57,505 nt of DNA from the NCBI GenBank assembly GCA_037129895.1, contig JBAXUB010000007.1, positions 1 to 57,505 on the forward strand, written 5' to 3'. Numbering within the stretch: position 1 is the stretch's first letter; each line of letters begins with the position of its first letter. Origin of the DNA: Candidatus Tayloriibacteriota bacterium. Lineage in GTDB: Bacteria > Patescibacteriota > Minisyncoccia > Phycocordibacterales > PALSA-1337. The notes beneath the pieces were generated by a model. It had not been told where the DNA came from. It made no database searches and worked only from the letters and a program-made list of their open reading frames with translations. The position numbers and the translations under genes were made by a program. This document shows positions 9,782 through 19,776 of this stretch, piece by piece.

Positions 9782-9951
9782 GTCCTCCTCGTTTTTTCTG
9801 GCCTATTTGTTGTGGCCGCAAATTTCTGTCAGAGGAGGTGAATGCTCCGTAAGCGTTATATCATATGTGGTATAACTGGCGCGGAGTATGTCGTACCCAT
9901 GTCATACCCATCTCTTGCCACTTATTAATCATTAGTTAACATTATATTATC

Positions 9952-11910
9952 ATGTCAAAAATCATCGGAATAGACCTCGGAACGACTTTCTCGGCAGTTG
10001 CTGTCATGGAAGCTGGAACACCGAGAGTTCTAGAAAACGCTGAAGGTGCGCGTACAACACCTTCGATTGTCGCCCAATCAAAAACAGGCGAGAGGCTCGT
10101 TGGACTCCTAGCAAAACGCCAGGCGGTCACGAATCCAAAGAATACGATATTCCAAGTCAAACGCTTCATGGGTCACAACTTTGATGATCCAGAAGTTCAG
10201 AATGATATAAAGAATGTGTCATTCGACGTCAGGAAGTCTGCAACAGGCGGTATAGAGGTGAACTTGTCAGGCAAGTGGCTTCGACCAGAGGAAGTCTCAG
10301 CTATGATACTTCAAAAGCTAAAGAATGACGCTGAGACACGTCTTGGCGAAAAAATCACAGAGGCAGTGATCACAGTTCCTGCGTATTTCAACGACTCTCA
10401 GCGCGCGGCAACACGTGATGCTGGCAAGATCGCAGGATTAGATGTTAAAAGGATCATAAACGAGCCTACTGCAGCTGCACTAGCTTACGGCTTCAACAAA
10501 AAGAAAGATGAAAAGATCGCTGTCTTCGATTTTGGAGGCGGTACTTTCGACATATCAGTACTTGATGTCGGTGGTGACACTATCGAAGTTAAGTCTACCG
10601 ACGGTGACTCACACCTCGGAGGTCGTGACATTGATGCCAAGATTGTAAACTGGCTAGCAGATACGTTCAAGAAGGAAAATGGTATCGATCTCAAGAATGA
10701 TGCTCTCGCCCTACAGAGACTCGATGAGGCAGCTGAAAAGGCAAAAATTGAACTCTCTACTGCTATGCAAACTGAGATCAATATTCCTTTCGTAACATCA
10801 GGATCTGATGGGCCAAAACATCTATTGGTAACTATGACTCGTGCGATGTTAGAAGAGATGACAAAGGAGTTCCTAGATCGCGCGATGATGATAACCAAGC
10901 GTGCTATAGAAGCTTCACCATTCAAGGTTGGTGAGATCAATGAAGTTGTTCTAGTCGGTGGCCAAACACGCATGCCGGCTCTCCAAAATGCAGTCAAACT
11001 GTTCTTCGGAAAAGATCCTCATATGGGAGTGAATCCCGACGAGGTGGTTGCGGTGGGCGCCGCTATTCAAGGCGGAATATTGGGTGGTGAAGTTCGAGAT
11101 GTATTACTCTTGGATGTTATACCACTATCTTTAGGAATCGAAACGCTCGGAGGAGTCGCAACAAAGCTTATAGAAAAGAATACGACTGTTCCTACCCAAC
11201 GATCTCAGATCTTCTCGACTGCAGCTGACAATCAGACTTCAGTAGAGATACATATCTCTCAAGGTGAACGCGCTATGTCAGCAGATAACAAATCACTAGG
11301 TAGATTTATTCTAGACGGTATTCCTCCGTCACCTCGTGGTATGCCTCAGGTTGAGGTAACATTCGACGTTGACGCGAACGGTATATTGAATGTGACAGCG
11401 AAGGACAAAGCTAGCGGCAAGGCCAATTCGATAAAGATCACTGCTTCATCTGGTTTGTCCAAAGAAGAAGTGGAAAAAATGAAGGCTGAGGCAGCAAAGC
11501 ATGAGGCTGAGGACAAGACCAAACATGAAGCTGTTGAGGCCAAGAATATTTCTGAACAATTGATATACACTTCAGAAAAGGCATTGAAGGAGGCTGGAGA
11601 GAAAGTTCCTGCTGATCTGAGAAAAGGCATTGAAGATAAGGTGGCGGATTTGAAGCTTGTAAAGGACGGGGCTGATGTTGCAGCTATCAAGAAGGCAACT
11701 GAGGCTTTGTCTACAGAGATTCAGAAGATTGGACAATATATGAATAAGGAGGCTGGCGCCGCTGGCAAGAACCCACTTGAGGACATTATGAACGACAAAA
11801 AAGGTGGAGCTGGAGGTAATTCAGGCGGCCAGAATCCAAATGGTGGCAAAGGTCCAGAGACTGGTGCAGACGGCAATGTGAAGGATGCAGAGTTCAAGGA
11901 GAAGAAGTAG
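9952..11910 (+). CDS. dnaK: Molecular chaperone DnaK (Hsp70)
   Basis: 652 aa. [20 protein letters not shown] and [10 protein letters not shown] signatures, with a Gly-rich C-terminal tail. Confidence 0.98.
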   Translation: MSKIIGIDLGTTFSAVAVMEAGTPRVLENAEGARTTPSIVAQSKTGERLVGLLAKRQAVTNPKNTIFQVKRFMGHNFDDPEVQNDIKNVSFDVRKSATGGIEVNLSGKWLRPEEVSAMILQKLKNDAETRLGEKITEAVITVPAYFNDSQRAATRDAGKIAGLDVKRIINEPTAAALAYGFNKKKDEKIAVFDFGGGTFDISVLDVGGDTIEVKSTDGDSHLGGRDIDAKIVNWLADTFKKENGIDLKNDALALQRLDEAAEKAKIELSTAMQTEINIPFVTSGSDGPKHLLVTMTRAMLEEMTKEFLDRAMMITKRAIEASPFKVGEINEVVLVGGQTRMPALQNAVKLFFGKDPHMGVNPDEVVAVGAAIQGGILGGEVRDVLLLDVIPLSLGIETLGGVATKLIEKNTTVPTQRSQIFSTAADNQTSVEIHISQGERAMSADNKSLGRFILDGIPPSPRGMPQVEVTFDVDANGILNVTAKDKASGKANSIKITASSGLSKEEVEKMKAEAAKHEAEDKTKHEAVEAKNISEQLIYTSEKALKEAGEKVPADLRKGIEDKVADLKLVKDGADVAAIKKATEALSTEIQKIGQYMNKEAGAAGKNPLEDIMNDKKGGAGGNSGGQNPNGGKGPETGADGNVKDAEFKEKK

Positions 11911-11914
11911 GTTT

Positions 11915-11939
11915 ATGTAGGAGGGCTACCCTCCTACAT
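11915..11939 (+). terminator. Perfect 11-bp hairpin after dnaK
   Basis: atgtaggaggg-cta-ccctcctacat, 5 nt after the dnaK stop. There is no T-run, so it may act as a stabiliser or attenuator rather than a classic terminator. Confidence 0.45.
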
Positions 11940-11952
11940 CGCCTACAAAAAA

Positions 11953-11981
11953 GCCGACCATGCCAATGAAGGGTGGTCGGC
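11953..11981. terminator. Second hairpin between dnaK and dnaJ (8-bp stem)
   Basis: gccgacca-N13-tggtcggc, with an A-run on the 5' side. Confidence 0.35.
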
Positions 11982-12003
11982 GGATAAAATAATATTGATA
12001 TAT

Positions 12004-12936
12004 ATGAAAGACTACTACAAAATATTAAATGTAAATAAAGGAGCATCTCAGGACGAGATCAAAAAATCGTTCAGAAAACTCGCGCACGAGCATCATCCTG
12101 ATAAAAACAAGAATGATCCCACTTCTTCTGCAAAATTCAAGGAAGCAAGTGAAGCGTATTCAGTATTGTCTGATGAGAGTAAACGCAAACAGTATGATAT
12201 GTTCGGTTCAGCTGGTCCTGGAGGGGCCGGGTTTAGTGGCCAAGCCGGCCAAGGTGGCTACAGCGGGTTCAATGGTGCACAAGGGTTTAGTGGTTTTGAT
12301 TTTTCAGGTTTTCAGAATAGTGGTGGATTTAATTTTTCACAAGGAGGTGTAGAGTTTGATCTCGGAGACATATTCGGAGATTTTTTCGGTGGTGGTGGAA
12401 AGCGACGACCTAGGAAAGGCGCCAATATTACTGTAGATGTTGAGCTATCATTCAAGGATTCAATATTTGGTATTGAAAAGGAGATTACAGTTAATAGTGA
12501 AAGATTATCTGTGAAGATTCCGGCTGGTATAGAGAATGGTCAAGGGCTTCGTGTAGGAGGAAAAGGTGAGGATGGTCAAGGTGGTAAGGGCGATCTCATC
12601 GTGAGAGTGTGGGTCAAGGAGCATCAAACATTCAAAAAGGAAGGTCTCAATCTCATTATGGAATTGCCGATAAAACTTTCACTTGCATTAACTGGTGGTC
12701 TTATCGAGTTGGAAACTCTTGAAGGAAAGATAGATCTTAAGATTCCTGCTGGAACTTCTCATGGTGAAATATTACGTGTAAAAGGTAAAGGTGTGCCTTA
12801 TGAGACACAAGGTGCGATTTTTGGAACCAATGGACGAAGAGGTGATATCTTGATAGTAACTCATGTCATTATGCCAAAGAAACTCTCAAAAGAGGCTTTG
12901 AAATTGATTGATATGTTGAAGGGTGAAGGTATATAG
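12004..12936 (+). CDS. dnaJ: DnaJ-family co-chaperone lacking the zinc-finger domain (class II / CbpA-like architecture)
   Basis: J domain with HPD (HEHHPDKN), a long G/F-rich region, and C-terminal beta domains. The protein contains no cysteine. The start is placed at the ATG at 12004 ([10 protein letters not shown]). Confidence 0.9.
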   Translation: MKDYYKILNVNKGASQDEIKKSFRKLAHEHHPDKNKNDPTSSAKFKEASEAYSVLSDESKRKQYDMFGSAGPGGAGFSGQAGQGGYSGFNGAQGFSGFDFSGFQNSGGFNFSQGGVEFDLGDIFGDFFGGGGKRRPRKGANITVDVELSFKDSIFGIEKEITVNSERLSVKIPAGIENGQGLRVGGKGEDGQGGKGDLIVRVWVKEHQTFKKEGLNLIMELPIKLSLALTGGLIELETLEGKIDLKIPAGTSHGEILRVKGKGVPYETQGAIFGTNGRRGDILIVTHVIMPKKLSKEALKLIDMLKGEGI

Positions 12937-12962
12937 ACTGAGTGTAAAAAAGTTGCAATACC

Positions 12963-12971
12963 TGCTATTAT
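12963..12971 (+). promoter_or_regulatory. Candidate extended -10 box (TGcTATTAT), 6 nt before the trpS ATG
   Basis: TG-n-TATTAT at 12963-12971, spacer tacagc, ATG at 12978. Confidence 0.35.
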
Positions 12972-12977
12972 TACAGC

Positions 12978-13940
12978 ATGACTAAAATCTTACTTTCAGG
13001 CGTTAAGCCTACAGGCCGTCCACATATTGGAAATTATTTTGGTGCGATGAAACAGTTTGTCGATTTGTTAAATTCTGGTGATTATAATTGTTTCTTCTTT
13101 ATCGCTGATTATCATGCGTTGAATCTGATACAAAATGCTGCCGAAATGAGACAGAATATATTAGATCTAGCTATTGATTATATGGCAATCGGTTTGGATC
13201 CGGCGAAAGCTACGCTTTTTAAACAATCAGATGTTTCGGCACATACTGAGTTATCATGCATATTTGACGCTATAGTGACGATGCCATACCTTATGCGCGC
13301 TCATGCTTATAAGGATGCTGAAGCGAAGAACAAAGAGATCAATGTTGGTACTTTCAATTATCCAGTACTTATGGCCGCTGACATTCTACTATATGACGCT
13401 GACGTAGTCCCTGTCGGTCAGGATCAGAAACAACATGTTGAATACGCTAGAGATATTGCACTCAAGTTCAACAATATATTTAAGTCAGAAACATTCAAAT
13501 TACCTGAGGCCCTCATTATGAAAGACGTCGCTACTGTTCCAGGAGTTGATGGTCGTAAGATGTCCAAGAGTTATGGGAATACGATCCCACTATTCGCTAC
13601 CAGAGAGGAGATAACGAAGGCAGTGATGTCCATAGTCACTGATTCCAATGGTCCAGAAGCTGGAGGAATACCAGCTAATGTATTTGCAATACACAAACTA
13701 TTTAAGTCTGAGGCTGAATTGAATTCAGTATATGAAGCAAACAAGGGTAAATACAAGATTTTGAAGGAGGCGCTCATCGAAGATATAGATGCGTTCATAA
13801 AGCCGATGCGCGAAAGACGTGCTGAGTTAGCCAAGGATACTGATAAAGTCTTGTCAGTTCTAAGAGATGGAGCATTGGTCGCTACGAAAGTTGCCAGCGC
13901 AAAGTTGGAGGAAGTGAAGAAACAGATTGGAGTACTATAA
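12978..13940 (+). CDS. trpS: Tryptophanyl-tRNA synthetase
   Basis: 320 aa. A HIGH-type motif (GRPHIGNYFG), KMSKS, and the GQDQKQH motif typical of TrpRS. Confidence 0.95.
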   Translation: MTKILLSGVKPTGRPHIGNYFGAMKQFVDLLNSGDYNCFFFIADYHALNLIQNAAEMRQNILDLAIDYMAIGLDPAKATLFKQSDVSAHTELSCIFDAIVTMPYLMRAHAYKDAEAKNKEINVGTFNYPVLMAADILLYDADVVPVGQDQKQHVEYARDIALKFNNIFKSETFKLPEALIMKDVATVPGVDGRKMSKSYGNTIPLFATREEITKAVMSIVTDSNGPEAGGIPANVFAIHKLFKSEAELNSVYEANKGKYKILKEALIEDIDAFIKPMRERRAELAKDTDKVLSVLRDGALVATKVASAKLEEVKKQIGVL

Positions 13941-13950
13941 CTCTTGAATC

Positions 13951-14673
13951 ATGTCGTTTACAATAAAAACTCAATCATTTGAGGGTCCACTAGATCTGCT
14001 ATTGGATCTCATAGAAAAGCGCAAGTTATTCATAAGTGATATATCATTGGCCAAAGTCACTGATGACTTTATAAATCACATAAAACAGTTTGAAAATATG
14101 CCGATGGGGGAATCAGCACATTTCATATTGATCGCTTCGACATTACTTCTCATAAAATCTAAGTCACTATTGCCGTCGCTTAGTCTTACATCCGAAGAAC
14201 AAGGGGATATCAAGGATCTAGAAACTAGATTGAAAATATTCAAGAAGATCAAGGAAGCTAGTCGTCATGTCGCCAAACTGTTTGGTGAGGAAATAATATT
14301 TACTCAATCTCAGTCACGTCTAGTAACTCCTGTATTTACACCGGCAGCAGAATTTTCTATCGAAAAAGCACTGCAAACTATCGGGGATATAGTCAAACGT
14401 TTGCCAAAAAAGGAAAGTTTGCCAAAACATCTGGTCCAGAAGGTCGTCAGTCTCGAGGAAATGGTAGATACGCTAACTACACGTATAACGAGTCATTTGC
14501 GAATTAGTTTCAAAGAATTTACAAAAGAGCACCGGGAAAATCGAGTTAATGTTATCGTGAGTTTCCTCGCCATGCTCGAGCTAGTCAAGGAGGGTATCAT
14601 GCACGTCTCCCAAGAGTCCGCATTCGGCGATATCCAGATGGAGACGAAGGATGTGGGCGTGCCGAGGTATTGA
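13951..14673 (+). CDS. scpA: Segregation and condensation protein A (kleisin)
   Basis: 240 aa. FEGPLDLLLDLIEKRKL start typical of ScpA, followed by scpB. Confidence 0.88.
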   Translation: MSFTIKTQSFEGPLDLLLDLIEKRKLFISDISLAKVTDDFINHIKQFENMPMGESAHFILIASTLLLIKSKSLLPSLSLTSEEQGDIKDLETRLKIFKKIKEASRHVAKLFGEEIIFTQSQSRLVTPVFTPAAEFSIEKALQTIGDIVKRLPKKESLPKHLVQKVVSLEEMVDTLTTRITSHLRISFKEFTKEHRENRVNVIVSFLAMLELVKEGIMHVSQESAFGDIQMETKDVGVPRY

Positions 14674-14746
14674 TATTCAATCTCACAGTACGTTTTGACT
14701 TTGATGAATATTTCCCATTAAGTGTATTTTCGATTATAATTGAAAT

Positions 14747-15391
14747 ATGAATCCGACAGATCTAGCCATAAATCCAACTTCAGAATCATCAATTGAAGAT
14801 AATGGAAGAAAGATTTCGCAACAGATAGAGGCAATTTTGTTCTGGAAGGCAGAACCTGTGCAGATAAAGAAATTGGCCGAGATGTTATCTGTTGATGGAC
14901 AAGTGTTAAATGTAGGCATTCTGGAACTGGAAACGATCCTCAAAGATCGTGGTCTCACATTAGTTCGAACTGCAGATGAGATAATGCTGGGAACTTCCAA
15001 GGAGTTGTCATCACTTATAGAAAAACTCACAAAAGATGAACTCAATCGCGATCTAGGTAAAGCTGGACTGGAAACGTTATCGATCATTCTATATCAAGGG
15101 CCGATCACGCGAGCTGAGATTGACTATATACGTGGTGTAAATTCGCAATTCGTAGTCCGAAATTTGTTAGTGAGAGGTCTTATAGAGCGAGTCGACAATC
15201 CGAAAGATGCTCGTAGTTTTCTATATAAGACGACATTGGATCTATTATCACTTCTTGGGGTTTCAAAGATCGAGGATCTTCCTGAATATGCGAATATTCG
15301 TGCGGAGATAGAGGCATTCAAGTCTGATCGATCAAAAGAACAACAACCGCAGGTGTCGGAACTGACTCCTGAAGAACCAAATGTCGCATAG
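14747..15391 (+). CDS. scpB: Segregation and condensation protein B
   Basis: 214 aa. IEAILFWKAEPV start, two winged-helix-like halves (ETLSIILYQGPITRAEIDYIRGV). TATAAT at 14735-14740 lies 6 nt before the ATG. Confidence 0.85.
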   Translation: MNPTDLAINPTSESSIEDNGRKISQQIEAILFWKAEPVQIKKLAEMLSVDGQVLNVGILELETILKDRGLTLVRTADEIMLGTSKELSSLIEKLTKDELNRDLGKAGLETLSIILYQGPITRAEIDYIRGVNSQFVVRNLLVRGLIERVDNPKDARSFLYKTTLDLLSLLGVSKIEDLPEYANIRAEIEAFKSDRSKEQQPQVSELTPEEPNVA

Positions 15392-16478
15392 TCGCCAAAA
15401 AATCGATCGATTTTTTTTGATTTCTGCTGTAGTACTAACGATTGCTGGCTTTACGGTATTTTTATCAGCGTCACTAGGTCTATTGGCGCAAAGTGGCGCG
15501 AACTTTGGTGTAGTTGCTGCAAAACAGGCGGTAAGTCTGTGTATTGGTATCACATTTTTCTTCATTTTTTCAAAGATTCCATATATTCAACTAAAGAAGT
15601 ACGCTCTGTTCATATTACTCGGCGCAATCGGTGTCAATTTGCTACTATTCATTCCTCAGCTCACCCTACATTATAATGGTGCCTCGAGATGGCTCATGAT
15701 AGGGACACTCTCTTTCCAGCCTTCAGAATTATTGAAGATCGCATTTATTATTTACATCGCTGCTTGGGCCCATTTTGCCAAAGATAAACTATCAACAATC
15801 AGATTTGGTTTGATGCCTTACATTTTATTGGTGGGAATCTTGAGTGCTTTGTTGTTAGCTCAATCAGACACAGACACACTAGTCATTATCTCAGTTACAG
15901 GCTTCATAATGTTACTTATTGCTGGTGTAAAGATGCGTCATATGGCTATAGGCGGGGTTTTGTTGATATTACTGGTGGTTTGTGTTGTCATTTTCCGTCC
16001 TTATGCATTACAGCGCGTCAAGACATATCTCAATATAAGCAAAGATACCCAAGGGTCGAGTTATCAGATAAATCAATCATTGATCGCTATAGGTTCTGGA
16101 CAAATATCAGGAAGAGGTTTCGGACAAAGTGTTCAGAAATTTGGATATTTGCCACAACCGACAGATGACTCGATCTTCGCTGTCGCAGCTGAGGAATTCG
16201 GATTCATAGGGAGTATCATTTTGCTTATCTTGTATTTAATGTTTGCGGCTAGTTCGTTTCGTGTAGCGAATAGAGCGCCAGACATCTTTGGTGGTTTACT
16301 TGCGATCGGTATAGCAGTTCTCATAGTGATCGAATCATTCATGAATATGGCAGCAATGATGGGATTACTACCATTGTCGGGTATACCACTACTTTTCGTA
16401 TCTCATGGTGGTACAGCACTCATAATGGCACTCATAATGGCAGGAATGGTAGCCAACGTATCGAAGCACAGGAGGTAG
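15381..16478 (+). CDS. SEDS-family peptidoglycan polymerase (RodA/FtsW)
   Basis: 365 aa and polytopic. Motifs QPSELLKI, SQSDTDT, GRGFGQS, LPQPTDDSIFA and PLLFVSHGGT. RodA and FtsW cannot be told apart from sequence alone. Confidence 0.9.
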   Translation: MSHSRQKIDRFFLISAVVLTIAGFTVFLSASLGLLAQSGANFGVVAAKQAVSLCIGITFFFIFSKIPYIQLKKYALFILLGAIGVNLLLFIPQLTLHYNGASRWLMIGTLSFQPSELLKIAFIIYIAAWAHFAKDKLSTIRFGLMPYILLVGILSALLLAQSDTDTLVIISVTGFIMLLIAGVKMRHMAIGGVLLILLVVCVVIFRPYALQRVKTYLNISKDTQGSSYQINQSLIAIGSGQISGRGFGQSVQKFGYLPQPTDDSIFAVAAEEFGFIGSIILLILYLMFAASSFRVANRAPDIFGGLLAIGIAVLIVIESFMNMAAMMGLLPLSGIPLLFVSHGGTALIMALIMAGMVANVSKHRR

Positions 16479-16559
16479 TCTACCATTCTCGGCGCACTAC
16501 GGGAATTACCCCGTGAGGGGAGACACGTGCAGTTATCAACAGTCTATGTATTTGGCGTG

Positions 16560-16568
16560 TGATAGAAT
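16560..16568 (+). promoter_or_regulatory. Candidate extended -10 box (TGaTAGAAT) upstream of the giant-protein array
   Basis: TG-n-TAGAAT, 54 nt before the ATG at 16622. Motif match only. Confidence 0.3.
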
Positions 16569-16621
16569 GTACAGTATGTTGTCTACCAACTCGTCTATTA
16601 ATTATTAAAATATCATTATAT

Positions 16622-19600
16622 ATGAAAAAAATATTTCATTGTCTATTATTGGTTTCGATTGTAACTCTCGCGATAATTCCGATGACGACATTTGCTGCGA
16701 CATTGGTTACACCAGGGACGACAGATTCCACTGGTCAAAGTAGTGACCCAGTGATGATAGCATCACTCTCTATAGATAATCTGAAATATTCATATAATGA
16801 CGTTGATCGTAAGATTCAGGTCAGTTTCGATTTATCGAATGAAGATCAATCATTGAATAATGTCGGTTATTCATTGTTAGTATCATCTGATAATGGTGCA
16901 GAGAAGTCATTTGTATATAACAGGAATCTGTTTATAGCATCAAATAGCAAGATAAGTGAGAGTATAGATGAAACTATACCGGATTATATTTTTGGAAACG
17001 TAAATATATTAGTACAGGTTAGTAATTCGAGTGGTATACCTCTCGGCGTTCGTATGCGTGACGGAATTATGGTCAGTAAAATCGTAGACAGTATCCATGT
17101 GGATAGCAGTTCATGTTATCTCACTGTATCTGGAAATACCAAGTACAATCTGATACAAGGTGTTGATGTGGATCCTACTGAACAACTTTTTTTGAATTGT
17201 GGAATCATAGGAAATATACAGACACCATTTTTGCTCACATTGCCTAGTATGCGGACGTATGAACGATCTATCTCGGGTCCTCTCGTGGACGATTCTACAC
17301 TACCTACTATCACTCTGAAAAAGGGCGACTCGACGATCAAAATTCCAGTAAAGATTCCTACAAAACCTCAAGCTTATAGCTCTATAATCTCTGTGCTCAA
17401 TGGAGATAAATCTGATAAATCTATAGGTGATATTGAATTTCATTATGTGGTGAGGGGCGAAAGCGGTACGATGAATATGGCTCAAACAGATAAAACATCT
17501 TATGTGAAAGGTGATATAGCGCAATTGAAAATATTATGGTCACCAAGGGCTGACTATTTCCCGGGAGCGAGAGCCTCTAGTACAGCGGTAACAGGATCTT
17601 TGTCTGGAACTGTTTATATGACCTCAAACGGTAGTTCTTGTGGTGATCCAGTGTCGTTTACTCCTTCAAAGGAGACTGAAGAAGGTATAAACTTGAGTGT
17701 TCCGATGAAGATTGACTGCAATGGTTTCAGTACGAGAATAGAGGTCAAGGATGCGGATAGAGGGAATGTTATTGTCGATACGTCATTCAATACACCTGTT
17801 GATCCGAATTTCGGTAGAATCGACTGGCTTCAGTATATTATAGCTATTGGGTCTCTGTTAATAGCGATCATTCTGATAGTTGTTCTCATACGATTGAAGA
17901 AGAAACATTTGGATTCAAAGGTTTTACTCATTGCTTTCTTTCTTTTGGCATCAACCGGGATCGTGCAAGTGGCTAGGGCGTATACTCTGACATCGTGGTT
18001 TGCTTTCGATGGGTATGTATGGGTTATGACATTGTTGGGTGATTTTGAAGTTTATAGGTCAAGTGATTCTGCAACTTCTGGTTTCAAAGTTGGGGATAGT
18101 TTCACGGTTCATGATTACAAAAATAAGGTGTTTATGAGATGTGGCAATGGTGCTTATGTTGCTGTAGTTTCGAAAGTAACAGTTACAGGACCGACTGGTC
18201 AAAAACTGTTGTCTACATCATATCGAAAGTGTGATGGTGTAGAAGGAAAATATTGCATAAATGACGCTACTTTTTCGGCAAATTCTGTGGGAACCTATAC
18301 GATCACTGTGACATTTAAGATTGTTGATAATCAAGCAGGTTCATCGAAGGACATGCCGTTTACAAAAACGATCACGATAAGTCCAGAACCAGGTGCTGCC
18401 CCAGCTGCCCCACCAACACCGCCAGCGTCACTTCTACCTGTTACTGGCCTAGCTTCATCGATAGGTAGTTGCGGATCAAAGACGATCAATCTATCGTGGG
18501 ACATAATGTCTGGCGCAACACAGTATGTTGTTACTCGCACAGGAAGTGGTTCTACTAAGATCGTATACATAAACCAACCAGTATCAACCACTAGAGCGAG
18601 TTTCAGCAGCACGGGATTATTAGATGGAGCCCCTTATCAATATAGTGTCAAAGTTCGCTATCCGTCACCGTCAGGATTGTCACCAGCAGTAACAACGAAT
18701 GTCACGTCACCTGCCGTTTGTGGGCAACCTACGGTGTCATTGAGGGCAACTCCAGCGTCTATAACGGTTCGTGGTGTATCAGCACTTACATGGGAATCAG
18801 AGAACGCGACATCGTGTACCACCTCAGGAGATTGGCTATTGCAACAGACAAGTCCCGCGAGTCCATTTGGCGGCGTTAGTACCGGCGTACTGAGTACAGT
18901 GAAAACTTATACATATAATATTGTATGTACTGGTCCAGCTGGTACGAGTCCTGTCAGCACAGCAACAGTTACTGTGGTTCCAGTTAACTGCATTGCGAAT
19001 CCATTAGCTTCGGGATGTCCCCAAGTGCCAGTGGCAGACCCAGTTATTTCCTGTAGCATGACAGCTAGTCCGACTTCGGTAAACACTGGTGGTACTACGA
19101 CTCTTACATGGAATTCCAGTAATGCAACAATTTGCGTTCCACCTACAGGTACCGGGAGTTCTGGGACCACACCGTACTTGAATGGTAGTACTACTGTGCA
19201 CCCATATTCTGGTCATAATACTTTTACTTTGTCATGTTCAAATACTGCTATATTAAATTCTTGTAGTGCTCCAGTTACTGTGTCGATAAATGCTGGCGGA
19301 GAAGCACCAACTGCTTCGCCAAATATATACCTATGGTTTGGTAACAGATCAACACCGTTGATCGCTGATCCAGATGTATTGGGTCATATGAATAATCAGA
19401 CACCATTGACGGTTGTATTTGGTGAGGATGTGCCTATCAAGTTTAGTTGGCCAGATACAGTGACTAGGTGTAACGGTTATGAATTATCTGGACCAGATAT
19501 GACCACTTCTGGATGGACTGGGCCACTTAGTCGTGGTACGACCAAGGATACTACAACTGATCAATTGTTCGGTTCGTCTACGTTACGAAACCTTCCAGTT

Positions 19601-19744
19601 GGTACGTACAACCTCAAATTGAGTTGTGGCACAGATAGAACGGTAACCTCAGCTGACGGAACATCCTCCACAGTTACTGATACGAGTTTCAGTGCAAATT
19701 CAATAAAGTTATATGTCATCAAGTCTCTAATAAATGAAGACTAG
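16622..19744 (+). CDS. Giant secreted/membrane-anchored multidomain protein, paralog A
   Basis: 1040 aa from the ATG at 16622 (MKKIFHCLLLVSIVTLAIIPMTTFA signal peptide). The upstream ORF extension is rejected. Order of parts: an N-domain of about 400 aa shared with paralog B, an internal TM hairpin ending ARA|YT, a beta domain, a Pro-rich linker, an FN3-like module, two SW-S-NAT-C modules, and the shared C-terminal module. Confidence 0.85.
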   Translation: MKKIFHCLLLVSIVTLAIIPMTTFAATLVTPGTTDSTGQSSDPVMIASLSIDNLKYSYNDVDRKIQVSFDLSNEDQSLNNVGYSLLVSSDNGAEKSFVYNRNLFIASNSKISESIDETIPDYIFGNVNILVQVSNSSGIPLGVRMRDGIMVSKIVDSIHVDSSSCYLTVSGNTKYNLIQGVDVDPTEQLFLNCGIIGNIQTPFLLTLPSMRTYERSISGPLVDDSTLPTITLKKGDSTIKIPVKIPTKPQAYSSIISVLNGDKSDKSIGDIEFHYVVRGESGTMNMAQTDKTSYVKGDIAQLKILWSPRADYFPGARASSTAVTGSLSGTVYMTSNGSSCGDPVSFTPSKETEEGINLSVPMKIDCNGFSTRIEVKDADRGNVIVDTSFNTPVDPNFGRIDWLQYIIAIGSLLIAIILIVVLIRLKKKHLDSKVLLIAFFLLASTGIVQVARAYTLTSWFAFDGYVWVMTLLGDFEVYRSSDSATSGFKVGDSFTVHDYKNKVFMRCGNGAYVAVVSKVTVTGPTGQKLLSTSYRKCDGVEGKYCINDATFSANSVGTYTITVTFKIVDNQAGSSKDMPFTKTITISPEPGAAPAAPPTPPASLLPVTGLASSIGSCGSKTINLSWDIMSGATQYVVTRTGSGSTKIVYINQPVSTTRASFSSTGLLDGAPYQYSVKVRYPSPSGLSPAVTTNVTSPAVCGQPTVSLRATPASITVRGVSALTWESENATSCTTSGDWLLQQTSPASPFGGVSTGVLSTVKTYTYNIVCTGPAGTSPVSTATVTVVPVNCIANPLASGCPQVPVADPVISCSMTASPTSVNTGGTTTLTWNSSNATICVPPTGTGSSGTTPYLNGSTTVHPYSGHNTFTLSCSNTAILNSCSAPVTVSINAGGEAPTASPNIYLWFGNRSTPLIADPDVLGHMNNQTPLTVVFGEDVPIKFSWPDTVTRCNGYELSGPDMTTSGWTGPLSRGTTKDTTTDQLFGSSTLRNLPVGTYNLKLSCGTDRTVTSADGTSSTVTDTSFSANSIKLYVIKSLINED

Positions 19745-19776
19745 GATGTTAATTGTGCATGTAGCTAAGCATTAAA

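Noticed and set aside
9831-9927. Perfect GAGGAGG followed by an ATG at 9841 opening a 28-codon ORF (MLRKRYIICGITGAEYVVPMSYPSLATY)
   Set aside because: The spacer is only 3 nt, the rest of the genome shows no SD usage, and the peptide has no features. It is kept only as part of the hairpin observation.
9900-9951. CIRCE (HrcA operator) upstream of dnaK or grpE
   Set aside because: There is no TTAGCACTC-N9-GAGTGCTAA-like inverted repeat upstream of grpE, dnaK or dnaJ.
12113-12352. 79-aa alternative-frame ORF inside dnaJ
   Set aside because: It arises from the GC-rich G/F-region codons, and the dnaJ frame is unambiguous.
16559-16621. N-terminal extensions of track ORFs from alternative or upstream starts (16559 for paralog A; also 3272 frr, 11995 dnaJ, 30586 tsf, 44050 tkt, 46869 uvrB, 49879 uvrA, 53087 uvrC)
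   Set aside because: The extensions have no similarity to the respective families. The internal ATGs restore canonical N-termini (a signal peptide, or conserved first motifs).
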